Assembly: GCA_022072085.1 (NCBI GenBank)
Contig: JAJVII010000008.1
Span: 64,920 to 128,919 of the forward strand
Length of the DNA: 64,000 bases
Direction: 5' to 3'
Origin: Phycisphaerae bacterium
Lineage (GTDB): Bacteria; Planctomycetota; Phycisphaerae; JAJVII01
In this document: one piece after another, positions 20,101-27,992 of the stretch
Position numbering within the stretch: position 1 is the first letter of the stretch
How the letters are laid out: each line of letters starts with the position of its first letter
The notes under the pieces: model-generated
Database searches by the model: none
What the model saw: the letters and a program-made list of their open reading frames with translations, nothing else
What the model was told of the DNA's origin: nothing
Program-made: the position numbers and the translations under genes

Positions 20101-21008
20101 GACCGCTGAAGGGCCATCCGCACCTGCTGGACTGGAATCTTGTACGCCAGCAGTTTGACCGGATCGACGACAACCTGATACTGCTTGACGAAGCCGCCAA
20201 GCGAGGCGACCTCGCTGACCCCATCCACCGCGGTCAGCTCATAGCGAAGATACCAGTCCTGGTGGCCGCGCAAGTCCGCCAGATCTTGATCGCTACGGAC
20301 CAGGTTCCTGCCATCCAAGGGACAGGTGTCGCGGCCCTTGACCAGTTCGATCCTCTCCAGCCGCCCGCGGGCCTCCGCCGGGGCCTTCTCGGGAGTATCG
20401 TAGCGGCGGTTCTCTTTCAGGTCGGCGTAGATGTAACGCGAATCCTGAAAGACGCGGTGGTGGACCAGTCGGGGGCGGACCGCCTCGGGGGCCTCGGCCG
20501 CGTCGGCATACCACTGGTCATGGTCGGGGTCGTGCCATGCGCCGTTGTGGTGATCGGGGCAGTACTTGCCGGTTGTCAGGACATACTCGTAGACCCATCC
20601 GACGCCGGTTGCGTCCGGCCCGAGCTGGGGAGAGACGTTTGATGGCAGCTTTCCGGCCACGAAGCTCAGTTGCTCCAGGACGCGGCTGCGGGCCCAATAC
20701 AGGTCCGTGCCGTCCTCGAAGATGATGTAGACGAAGCTGCTGCCGAACATGCTGTAGCCGCGGACCACCTTGGCGTACGGCACGGCCAGCATGGCGGTCG
20801 TCAGGGGGTAGGTGACCTGGTCTTCAACGATCTGCGGCGCCTGGCCCGGGAACTCCGTGCGGATGACCACCTGCACGTCAGACAGGTCGGGGATCGCGTC
20901 AAGCTTGATGGTGAAGGTCGCCCAGATGCCGCCGGCGATGACGAACAGCGTCAACAGCAGCACCATGGCCCGGTTATTGATACACCACTGGATGAGTTTG
21001 CCGATCAC
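17166..21008 (-). CDS. Heavy-metal efflux RND transporter, CusA/CzcA family (HME-RND), with ~91-aa His/Cys-rich insertion
   Basis: VIGKLIQWCINNRAMVLLLTLFVIAGGIWATFTIKLDAIPDLSDVQVVIRTEFPGQAPQIVEDQVTYPLTTAML is near-identical in pattern to the E. coli CusA N-terminus. Start assigned to GTG 21008, which overlaps the TGA of the upstream DUF3347 gene (GTGA coupling); the ATG at 21092 would overlap that gene by 87 nt. Confidence 0.9.
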   Translation of the reverse strand: MIGKLIQWCINNRAMVLLLTLFVIAGGIWATFTIKLDAIPDLSDVQVVIRTEFPGQAPQIVEDQVTYPLTTAMLAVPYAKVVRGYSMFGSSFVYIIFEDGTDLYWARSRVLEQLSFVAGKLPSNVSPQLGPDATGVGWVYEYVLTTGKYCPDHHNGAWHDPDHDQWYADAAEAPEAVRPRLVHHRVFQDSRYIYADLKENRRYDTPEKAPAEARGRLERIELVKGRDTCPLDGRNLVRSDQDLADLRGHQDWYLRYELTAVDGVSEVASLGGFVKQYQVVVDPVKLLAYKIPVQQVRMALQRSNSDVGGRLIEISETEYMVRGLGYLGTLSDAEIADARAAGKSVDRIRTERVLTDLRKIALGATEDGTPIYLADLAEVRTGPEIRRGVADWNGEGETVGGIIVMRFGQNARTTIDRVRQKLADLEKGLPPGVAIEVGYDRSDLIDRAVHTLSGTLMEEITVVALVCILFLLHARSELVAVFVVPTGVLASILLMRLLGINANIMSLGGIAIAIGVMVDSSIVMVENSHKHLDREEDRLHRLAAAGLAGVPEDRRSIIARAATEVGPSLFFSLLIITVSFLPVFALGEQSGRLFRPLAFTKTFAMGSSAFLAVTIIPVLMSLFITARVLPKRWGWKTNLAVTMLTMLIPAAIILLLPLSALAPYRHWLAIGWIVLAGMLLVPQKIIHERANPISWALQRLYHPFFVAVMSRKWLTLAVAFTLLLITLWPLSRLGSEFMPPLEEGDLLYMPTTDPGISMDKARELLQQTDNLIKQFPEVESVLGKAGRAETATDPAPPSMLETTITLRRDKSRWRQKPLTRFYSGWPAWARWLPARIWSDTRAITVNELIYGYEWPDGRHVPGLNEVVQIPGLTNAWTMPIKTRIDMLSTGIKTPVGIKVMGPDLKTLSELASQIAQVVKTSDGTGPYTVSAFPEKSVGGNYLDIRPRDDLSDEQLQRYGLKRADVQDVIMSALGGMNATSTVEGLQRYPVNIRYPHELRDNIDSLKQTLVATPNGAQVPLAQLATFNIHKGPPMVKSENARLTSWVYVDIAGIDVGTYVANAQRAVDAGVKLPPGYSVVWSGQYEYMEAARKRLMVVVPIAAVLIILLLYMATHSWLRVGIVLLAVPFSLVGAVWLLYFLDYNLSLAVWVGIIALAGLDAETGLVMLLYLDNSFERFRAEGRMRNPDDLWHAVHDGAVMRIRPKTMTVVTTFIGLVPLMWASGAGADTMRRLAAPMIGGLAISFIMELLVYPVIFYLAKRVALTGRFHHAATAQVSPTVA

Positions 21009-21478
21009 GGCCTGACCTCCGATTGCGGCGTCTGCGGAGAATCCGGCTGGCTGGTCGCCACCGGCCCGAATGTCGTTACGACCGAACCGCATGTCAGCAT
21101 GTCGTGGCCATAATATGGGTTGGCTACTGCCTTGCCCGTCTGGAGCCAGTCGGCCTTGGCCATCGGGCAGTGAACAACATACAGCCGTTGGTCGATGTCA
21201 CCGGGGCCGGTCCAGTCGAGCAGTTCGATGAGCAGAGGCGAAAGCGTCTTCAGGGCTGCGCGTGCCTTGGCCAGGTCGCCTGAGTCGGCGCCGGTCGTGG
21301 CGGTCTTCAGCTTGTCGGCCAACTCTTTCAGTTCGGCCTGATCGGCGGCGTCAGCCAGCGCGGCCGCGTCGGCTCGGATAGCCTTGATCTGCTCGGCGAC
21401 GCCATCCACCTTGTCGTCGGCCAGCCGGCCCGCCATCGCCGGCCGGCAGGCCCGCGAGAACGTGCGATTGGCGGACAT
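21005..21478 (-). CDS. Small DUF3347-like metal-binding module protein (CPM...NPYYG...CG motif)
   Basis: LYVVHCPMAKADWLQTGKAVANPYYGHDMLTCG motif. ATG immediately follows the TGA of the upstream MFP gene (TGAATG). Paralogous to the two C-terminal modules of the MFP. Confidence 0.6.
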   Translation of the reverse strand: MSANRTFSRACRPAMAGRLADDKVDGVAEQIKAIRADAAALADAADQAELKELADKLKTATTGADSGDLAKARAALKTLSPLLIELLDWTGPGDIDQRLYVVHCPMAKADWLQTGKAVANPYYGHDMLTCGSVVTTFGPVATSQPDSPQTPQSEVRP

Positions 21479-23953
21479 TCAATGACCTCCTTGCGGTTGC
21501 GACGCCGGGGCGTTGAGTGCGGCAGGCTCGCGCAGCGTCGCGACGACCGAGCCGCAGGTGAGCATCTCTTGGCCGTAATACGGGTTGGCCACCGACGTGT
21601 CGGTCTGGAGCCAGTCGGCCTTGGTCATCGGGCAGTGGAGCTGGTAGAGGGCCGGGGCGACGGTTGGACTGGGCGGCGCCAGCTTGGCCAACTCGATCAT
21701 CGCCAGCGACAAATCCTTCAGGGCCAACCGCAGGGCGGTGACGTCGGCATACTTCTGCCCGGCCAGCTTGGCAATTCTGACGGCAAGGTCGGTCACCGGC
21801 GCAGGCCCGGCGGCGGCCAGGGCGTCGGCCGACTGTTTGATGCCGGGCAACTCCGCAGCCGTACCCTCGAACTCGTCCCGGGCCAGCATCCGCGTGAGCT
21901 TCAGGTAGTTCGCCATCAGGCGATCCAACCCCCGCTGCCCGGCTGCATTCAGGTGGACTGGCTGCGGCTCGGCCGCCTGAGTGGCGGGCGCTTCTGGCAT
22001 CAGGACGTGCTCGGCCGGCTGCGTCGATGGCGCCGGTTCACCGGATCGGCCGGTGATCGGCAGGGCCTTGCGCTGGTCGAAGCAGTCGATCATGCGGGCG
22101 CCGAAATACGGGTTTCGCACATTGCCGGCCGCCTGCAACCAGAAACCGCCGCCCTGATCCTTCATGAACATGGGGCAGTGCAGTTCCTGGACCTCCTGCT
22201 GAAAGGACGGCGGAACGCCGGTGGCCTTGAGCAGCTTAGCCAAGGCGACGCTCAGGTCGGCCAGCTTCTGTCGCGCCGCAACGATGTCCTTGGCCTCGGC
22301 CAGTTTCCGGGCCATGCCACCGGCCGTTGCCACTTCCTTGTGCTGGTGCCAGAAGTGCGGATGATCGGGGATGTCAGTCAGTACCAGCCGGGCCAGGGCG
22401 TCGGCCAAGTTGCTGGCCGCCGGGCCGATGCCCTCGATCGTGTCGCCGGCCAGTTTGTCTGCGATGGCCAGGTAGGACCGGACGGCGGTGTTAAGGGCGT
22501 CGGAGACGGAGTCGGGCAGGGACTCCAGTTCACTGCGGCCGGCCAGGGCGGCCACCGGCTTCTGGTCGGCGGCCATATCGCCGCGGATCATCTTGGCTAG
22601 GGCCTCGCGGATCTTGGCCTCGCTGTCGATCAGGAATTGCCCGGAGATGACCACCATCTCGCCGGGCTTCAGCCCGTCGAGGATTTCCACCCGGTCGTCG
22701 CCGGCCTGAACGCCCATCATCACGTTGCGCGGCTCGAACTGGCCCTCACCGAGGCTGACGAAGGCCACCTGCCGCTCTCCGGTGTCGATGATTGCCGACC
22801 GAGGGGCCAGCACCCGGTCCTCGGCCAACTGGCTCTGGAGCTGGATGTTGGCAAACATGCCCGGCTTGAGCAGCCCTCCCGGGTTCTGGAACTCCAGTCG
22901 CACCTTCACCTCGCGCGTCTTCTCATTGAGGTACGGATAAATGTAGATCACCCTGCCCGTCCAGCTCTGGCCGGGGATGTAGGCCAGTGTCATCACCGCT
23001 TCCTGGCCCAGGGAGACATAGGGCAACTGGTATTCGTAGAGGGTGGCCATGACCCACACCTTGGACAGGTCCGCAAGGCGGAAAATCTGCATCCCGGCAT
23101 TCACCTTCATCCCCTCGTTGGCGTGCTTCTCGATGACCACGCCTTCGTAGGGGCTGGCGATGACCATGGTCTTGCTGGGCTTGCCGGCCTTGGCCAGGGC
23201 GTCGATCTGCGCCGAAGCGATGTCGAAGTAGAGCAGCCGCGTACGGGCAGCTTGGACCAGATCCTGGGCGCCGCGGGCTGCATCCGGCACGAAGCTGGCT
23301 CCGATCTGCCCGGCGTTCTTGACCGCCAGCAGGTACTCCTCCTGGGCGGCGAACAGGTCCGGAGAGTAGATCTCGAACAGGGGGTCGCCCACCTTTACCG
23401 CCGCACCAAGGTAGTCCACGTCCAGTTTCTCGATCCAGCCGGATATCTTGGTGTTGATGTCTCGAACCCGCGTCTCGTCGTAGTCCACCGTGCCGACCGT
23501 GCGGATGGTGCGCGCCAGCGGCCCGGTGGTCACCGGCTGAATCCGCACGCCGATGTTCTGCACCACCACCGGGTCGATGGTGACTTTGCCGGAGAATTTG
23601 GACGGATCTAGCGGCGTGAGCTTCATGTGGCAGATTGGGCAATCCCCCGGCTTGGGCAAGATCACCCACGGATGCATGCCGCAGGTGTAATAATGCACGC
23701 CGTCCTCGGCCTCGGCCGGGGCCGCCCGACCGGCGATTCGGTTCCACACCTTGTGGGCGCCGGCCGACAGACTGGCATTCCACCGCGCGCCGGCCCACAG
23801 CCCGCCGACAAGGACGATCAACAGCACAATCAGCACCCGCAAGCTGGGCCCGCGGGGGGGCTTGGAACTGGGCGACGGGCTGTGCCCGACCGATTCTGCG
23901 TCGACCGCGGGCTTGGTATCCTTCTCGATATTCGCATCAGATTCATCGGACAT
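21479..23953 (-). CDS. CusB/CzcB-like RND periplasmic adaptor (MFP) fused to N-terminal heavy-metal-binding domain and two C-terminal DUF3347-like modules
   Basis: N-terminal VHYYTCGMHPWVILPKPGDCPICHMKL (YxCPMHP...CPxCxM HMBD). Central MFP barrel/hairpin (ASPYEGVVIEKHANEGMKVNAGMQIFRLADLSKVWV, LLKPGMFANIQL). C-terminus LHCPMFMKDQGGGFWLQAAGNVRNPYFGARMIDCF and LHCPMTKADWLQTDTSVANPYYGQEMLTCG. Start at ATG 23953 (MSDESD..., GGAG RBS), 1 nt after the OMF stop. Confidence 0.85.
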   Translation of the reverse strand: MSDESDANIEKDTKPAVDAESVGHSPSPSSKPPRGPSLRVLIVLLIVLVGGLWAGARWNASLSAGAHKVWNRIAGRAAPAEAEDGVHYYTCGMHPWVILPKPGDCPICHMKLTPLDPSKFSGKVTIDPVVVQNIGVRIQPVTTGPLARTIRTVGTVDYDETRVRDINTKISGWIEKLDVDYLGAAVKVGDPLFEIYSPDLFAAQEEYLLAVKNAGQIGASFVPDAARGAQDLVQAARTRLLYFDIASAQIDALAKAGKPSKTMVIASPYEGVVIEKHANEGMKVNAGMQIFRLADLSKVWVMATLYEYQLPYVSLGQEAVMTLAYIPGQSWTGRVIYIYPYLNEKTREVKVRLEFQNPGGLLKPGMFANIQLQSQLAEDRVLAPRSAIIDTGERQVAFVSLGEGQFEPRNVMMGVQAGDDRVEILDGLKPGEMVVISGQFLIDSEAKIREALAKMIRGDMAADQKPVAALAGRSELESLPDSVSDALNTAVRSYLAIADKLAGDTIEGIGPAASNLADALARLVLTDIPDHPHFWHQHKEVATAGGMARKLAEAKDIVAARQKLADLSVALAKLLKATGVPPSFQQEVQELHCPMFMKDQGGGFWLQAAGNVRNPYFGARMIDCFDQRKALPITGRSGEPAPSTQPAEHVLMPEAPATQAAEPQPVHLNAAGQRGLDRLMANYLKLTRMLARDEFEGTAAELPGIKQSADALAAAGPAPVTDLAVRIAKLAGQKYADVTALRLALKDLSLAMIELAKLAPPSPTVAPALYQLHCPMTKADWLQTDTSVANPYYGQEMLTCGSVVATLREPAALNAPASQPQGGH

Positions 23954-23954
23954 G

Positions 23955-25553
23955 TCAGCGCTCCATCGGCCCGCCGTCGGGAGCGGGCGCGTCGTGGTTC
24001 GGGTCTGAAGCAGCATCAAGGGCTGGCGTCAGACTGGTCGCCGGGGCTGTGGATGCCTCTGTCGTGTCTGGTTTCAATTCACCCCGCGGCGGCGCGGGTG
24101 CAGTCCCATCCGGTTGAGTCGCCGGTGGGGGTGTGGCCGGACCCGGGCCTCGGTGCAGGTCCCGCCCAACCGCCTGCTGGAGTTCGGCGAAGTTCTGTTC
24201 CAGCGTCGACAGGCTTTGCTCGTAGAGGAGCTGGAAGTTCAATAGTTTCCGCCAGTTGTCCACCAGCGTCAGGAAGTCGATTCTTCCGGCCCGGTAGCCG
24301 GTGTCTGAGACCTCCACTGTCTGGCGGGCCTGGGGGATAATCACGTTGCGGAACAGCACCACCAGCCGCTGTTGCGTATCCATCTTCACCCACGCATCCT
24401 GCACGCGGAAGGAGATTCGGTTCTGCTCGTTGCTCAGGTCGGAAGCCGATTCGAAGATGCCTTGCCGGGCTTCCCGCTCTGCCGCCGCCAGCTTCTCAAA
24501 CCAGATTGGCACGTTGACACTGAAGCCAATCCACCACTGATCGTCACCATTGCGGGTCATCTTGGCCAGACCGGCGTCATCCACAAAATTGTAATTGAGG
24601 CTGAGGGTCAGGTCGGGCACCCGCTGCAACCGGGCCAGCCGCAGCCGCTGGCGGTCGCCCTCAATCTTCTCGCGTAACCTCTGCAAGGCTGGGTTGGCCT
24701 CGGCTGCGTCAGCCAGCAACTGATCCAGGCTAAGCGAGATCGAGTTCAGCGAGACCGCCTTGGGCTCGGGCAGGCTCGCAGTGACCGGCTGGTCCAGCAG
24801 GCTGTTCAGCATCGCCACCGCTGTCGTCTGGCGCTGACGCAGCGTGATCAGCTCATTGTCCAGATTGCTCAGTTCGACCGAGGCCCGCAGGACGTCCTGC
24901 TGGCTTGCCGTGCCGGCCTTGTACTTGGCTTCGGCGATCTGCCTGAATTGCGACAGCAGGGCGCGGCTCTGGTTGGTCACCTCGATTGCCCGGACGGCAA
25001 AGTAATACGCCCAGTAGGCCCGCCGCGTGTCGGCCGTCACCGCCAGCCGCATGGCCGCCAACTCCTGCACCGCCATCGCCGCCTCCTGATAAGCGACCTG
25101 GCCGCGAGCGTCGAGCTTGCCCGGCAGAACGAGCTTCTGACTGAGGCTGGTCATCGTCCCCACCTGCCCGGCCGCCGTCTGGGCCATCTCCCCGATCGGC
25201 GCAACCATCAGCATCGGGTCGTCCAGGCTGCGGGCCTGCGGCACGCGCTCCAGCAGTCGGCTCACCTTGTGCTCTGCCGCCCGGATGCCGGGGTTGTACT
25301 TCAACGCCTCGCGGACGTAGTCATCCGCGCCGTCCAGGGGGGCGGTGGGGGCCTCGGGCGAAGCCGGCGCCGGCTGGCTGGCCAGCGTACGGCTGGTGTG
25401 TGTCGCGCCGCCCTCGGTCACCTGCCACGAGGCCGGATCCTGTCGAATCCACTGCGACAGCGGCGTCGCATCGCGCGGGGCCGACTCGCACCCGACGCTC
25501 GCCAGCAGGACGACCACGCCGAGGCCCGCCAGCCAAGCTGTTCTGACTCGCAT
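23955..25553 (-). CDS. Outer membrane efflux factor (TolC/CusC/CzcC family) lipoprotein
   Basis: MRVRTAWLAGLGVVVLLASVGC lipobox signal peptide with AGGAGAG RBS. Typical OMF helical repeats (LSLDQLLADAAEANPALQRLREKIEGDRQRLRLARLQRVPDLTLSLNYNF). Confidence 0.85.
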   Translation of the reverse strand: MRVRTAWLAGLGVVVLLASVGCESAPRDATPLSQWIRQDPASWQVTEGGATHTSRTLASQPAPASPEAPTAPLDGADDYVREALKYNPGIRAAEHKVSRLLERVPQARSLDDPMLMVAPIGEMAQTAAGQVGTMTSLSQKLVLPGKLDARGQVAYQEAAMAVQELAAMRLAVTADTRRAYWAYYFAVRAIEVTNQSRALLSQFRQIAEAKYKAGTASQQDVLRASVELSNLDNELITLRQRQTTAVAMLNSLLDQPVTASLPEPKAVSLNSISLSLDQLLADAAEANPALQRLREKIEGDRQRLRLARLQRVPDLTLSLNYNFVDDAGLAKMTRNGDDQWWIGFSVNVPIWFEKLAAAEREARQGIFESASDLSNEQNRISFRVQDAWVKMDTQQRLVVLFRNVIIPQARQTVEVSDTGYRAGRIDFLTLVDNWRKLLNFQLLYEQSLSTLEQNFAELQQAVGRDLHRGPGPATPPPATQPDGTAPAPPRGELKPDTTEASTAPATSLTPALDAASDPNHDAPAPDGGPMER

Positions 25554-25899
25554 GATTCTCTCCTTGCCGTTCCGTGAAGTGCGAAGCGGTCGCCGGCTGG
25601 TCCCCAGGCTGCGCAAGTCGCCGGCGTCGTGCCTTCCGCTTTCAGATAAGCAGGAGGATATGCCAGGAATGGAGGGTTTGACCAGCCGGAAGTTGAAGTG
25701 CCGGACCGGCCCTGGCGGTCGGGAAAAATTCAGGCGCCATCGGACTGCCGATGCCCGCGTCGGCCGCCGCAAGGCCGTGCGGTTGGACGAGCAGCAGAAC
25801 ACGCGTCGGCGCGACCTGATCCGCAACCGCCGGCGTGACGACGCCCTGACGCACCCCGCAACGGCACGGGGCCGCTGGCGGCGGCGCATGGCCATCAGG

Positions 25900-25935
25900 G
25901 GCGACGTCGGCGACAGGGGCGACGTCGGCGACCCG
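25900..25935. repeat. Tandem direct repeat: hexamer GGCGAC x4 at 9-bp spacing (GGCGACGTCGGCGACAGG / GGCGACGTCGGCGACCCG)
   Basis: Read directly in the 790-bp divergent intergenic region between the efflux operon (OMF start 25553) and the GntR/PBP regulator gene (26343). Confidence 0.5.
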
Positions 25936-26342
25936 GCCGGGCTCGGCCGCCGCCGAGGCCTGTCGATGGCAGCATCCCGCGCGGAACGGGCGGGCCGCGA
26001 GCAGGCGCCTCGCCTGTGCAGCCGACTCGTGGCCGACGACAACCCGGCAACGACAGAAGGCGGGCCCCCAGGCCGCCATCAGGGCCGCCATCGTCAATCG
26101 TATTGCACCGTCGCCGTGGATCATGCCTGCGTCCTGCTCCGGTTGCTACCCAAGGAACGGCCCCCGGGTCCAAAGGGTTCCCGGATAATCCTGATCTGCT
26201 GCGTCTTGCCAGGCCCCGGGGCGGTCGTCCGCTGATTGGCCTCTCCCAATTCGTGCAGGCCGGGCTACAATGCTCGCGTTGCAGCCACGCCGTTGTTCCT
26301 GCGACTCAGACAACGGCCGTGTGGCTGACGGGGTCCGTGGCA

Positions 26343-27446
26343 ATGACGAGAATCGACAAGTCCAAATCGCGGCTGGACCACGTGGTCACCGAACTGCGTC
26401 GGCGGCTGATGCACTATCTGCCCGGCTCCCGCCTGCCGGGCTACCGGCAGTTGGCTGGGCTGACGCACGCGACCGAGCAGACGGTCAAGTCGGCGCTCGC
26501 CCAGTTGGCCGGCGAGGGGATCGTGGCACTTCACGAACGCCAGGGGACGATCGTCCTTCAGCAGCCACGCCGCATGCCGATCTCACGCATCCGGGTGCTG
26601 AACACTCACACCCCCAAGGAACTGTTTTCCGAGACGGTGCTGGCCGGCGTCTCCAAGCGATGCGACCGCTACGGCCTGAAGATGGCCGTGGATCGGGAAC
26701 CCGGCGATCTCAACGCCCCCGAAACCCTCAGGCGGCTGGCCGGCGAGGACCCCCAGTTGGCAGGATGGGTTCTCGTGCTGCTCGAACCACTGCCCGACGC
26801 GACGTTGCTGGCCTGGCAGGCCAAGGGCATTCCCTTCGTCGTCGTCGACGACTTCCCCGGCGTGGCCCAGGTGAACCTGGTCGGCAGAGACATGCGCCGG
26901 GCCATCTACGAAGCGACCGACAAGCTGCTGGAACTTGGCCACCGCCGGGTCGCCCTGGTGGGCCTGCATGCCGAGACGCACCGCCAGTCGCAGCAGCGGC
27001 TCGCCGGTTTCCAGTTGGCCCATGAGCACCACGGGCTCCAGGTCGATCCGTCACTGATGGTTTACGGCAACCCCAGCAAACGCCTGCCCTCGCGGCAAGA
27101 CCTGCAACGGTTGCTCGCCCGCCCCGACCGCCCGACGGCGCTGGTGGGTGTGGACCAGCCCATCGGTTGCACGATCATCGCTGCGTGCAGGCAGGCCGGC
27201 CTGAATGTGCCCGGACAGGTCAGCGTGATTTCCGCCGGACTGCGTCCGCGGCTGGAACCCGATTTGCTCAATCAACTGACCCGCTTCGACGAGGGCTCGC
27301 CCGAGCGGCTGGGCGAACTGGCCGTGGACATCCTGGCCGATCACCACAACCACCCAGAGACGACGACAACATTCTGGCTCGGCTCGGTCTACGTCGATTG
27401 CGGATCGGTGGCCGGCGTTCCCGGTCCGTCAGGCCCGCGCGGCTGA
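26343..27446 (+). CDS. GntR-family HTH transcriptional regulator with LacI-type periplasmic-binding-protein-like sugar-binding domain
   Basis: N-terminal LPGSRLPGYRQLAGLTHATEQTVKSALAQLAGEGIVALHERQGTIV (GntR wHTH). C-terminal PBP type I fold (IPFVVVDD..., ALVGVDQPIGCTIIAACRQAGLNVPGQVSVISAG). Start moved to ATG 26343; the track ORF begins upstream in non-coding-looking sequence. Confidence 0.8.
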   Translation: MTRIDKSKSRLDHVVTELRRRLMHYLPGSRLPGYRQLAGLTHATEQTVKSALAQLAGEGIVALHERQGTIVLQQPRRMPISRIRVLNTHTPKELFSETVLAGVSKRCDRYGLKMAVDREPGDLNAPETLRRLAGEDPQLAGWVLVLLEPLPDATLLAWQAKGIPFVVVDDFPGVAQVNLVGRDMRRAIYEATDKLLELGHRRVALVGLHAETHRQSQQRLAGFQLAHEHHGLQVDPSLMVYGNPSKRLPSRQDLQRLLARPDRPTALVGVDQPIGCTIIAACRQAGLNVPGQVSVISAGLRPRLEPDLLNQLTRFDEGSPERLGELAVDILADHHNHPETTTTFWLGSVYVDCGSVAGVPGPSGPRG

Positions 27447-27664
27447 ATCCCCTTCGCCTGTTGATCTGAATGCACATCGAGTCGCTCGCTTAACTATAGC
27501 ATATAAAGCATGATATGCATCATACGCAGCACGGTGCTGTAATTCCTGTCGTGAGACAGCAACGTGGCGGGCGTCAGAAGCAGGCCAGCAGGCCTGCGTA
27601 CGGATTTCCATAACTCATTGTTTCGAAATGCACTACGTCACAGGCAGTGAGGGTTGCCCGGCTT

Positions 27665-27681
27665 CTGGCACACGGTTTGCT
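27665..27681 (+). promoter_or_regulatory. Sigma-54 promoter P1 (TGGCAC-N5-TTGCT), perfect -24/-12 consensus
   Basis: cTGGCACacggtTTGCTa at 27665-27681; 81 bp upstream of the ATG at 27762. AT-rich region with several palindromes upstream (candidate UAS). Confidence 0.55.
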
Positions 27682-27761
27682 ACTCATGCTCCTCACACAG
27701 AGTGTCACGGAACAAGACTTGGAGTTCTACATCCGGGTCCGATCAGCAAAGGAGAGAAATT

Positions 27762-27933
27762 ATGAACAGAGCGATAACCAAAGAGCGGCCGGAGGGCAGT
27801 CACAGTACTGGCCGCCTTGACCGTCCTGGCGCTGTTGGCCTGGAGCGGCGGCATGGCTCACGCCGACGTCCTGTATCTGCACAGCAACCAGAGCCTGATC
27901 ACCGGTGGCAACTGGCACGCCGTTTGCATGTGA
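27762..27933 (+). pseudogene. Degenerate duplicated 5' copy of the PEP-CTERM gene start (RBS + MNR... + signal peptide), disrupted by a +1 frameshift
   Basis: AAAGGAGAGAAATTATG start. Frame 0 gives MNRAITKERPEG...; the +1 frame gives AVTVLAALTVLALLAWSGGMAHADVLYLHSNQ...CM-stop at 27931, paralleling the downstream MNRKPIKLLAIATFLIASAGAAQADTLYLQGNF. No start codon restores the +1 frame. Confidence 0.35.
27914..27929 (+). promoter_or_regulatory. Sigma-54 promoter P2 (TGGCAC-N5-TTGCA), perfect consensus
   Basis: TGGCACgccgtTTGCA at 27914-27929; 64 bp upstream of the PEP-CTERM gene ATG at 27993. Embedded in the degenerate upstream copy. Confidence 0.55.
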
Positions 27934-27992
27934 TGTCATCCCGCTACTTGGTAGGGGAGAAAATGACACGCACGGAAGGAAAGAGAGCTGCC

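Noticed and set aside
25642-26124. 160-aa minus-strand ORF with Cys/His clusters (CRCRVV, CCHRQ) just upstream of the efflux operon
   Set aside because: No RBS, no hydrophobic core, composition typical of GC-rich non-coding sequence. The apparent repeats in the protein (ADVAPVADVAPD) are the translation of the GGCGAC DNA repeat. Treated as intergenic regulatory DNA.
27654-27992. Reading the PEP-CTERM ORF from the track start (27654) or from ATG 27762 in frame 0 as one long protein
   Set aside because: Frame-0 translation upstream of 27993 (MNRAITKERPEGSHSTGRLDRPGAVGLERRHGSRRRPV...) is non-hydrophobic and Arg-rich. The signal peptide only appears after the ATG at 27993, which has its own RBS and sigma-54 promoter.
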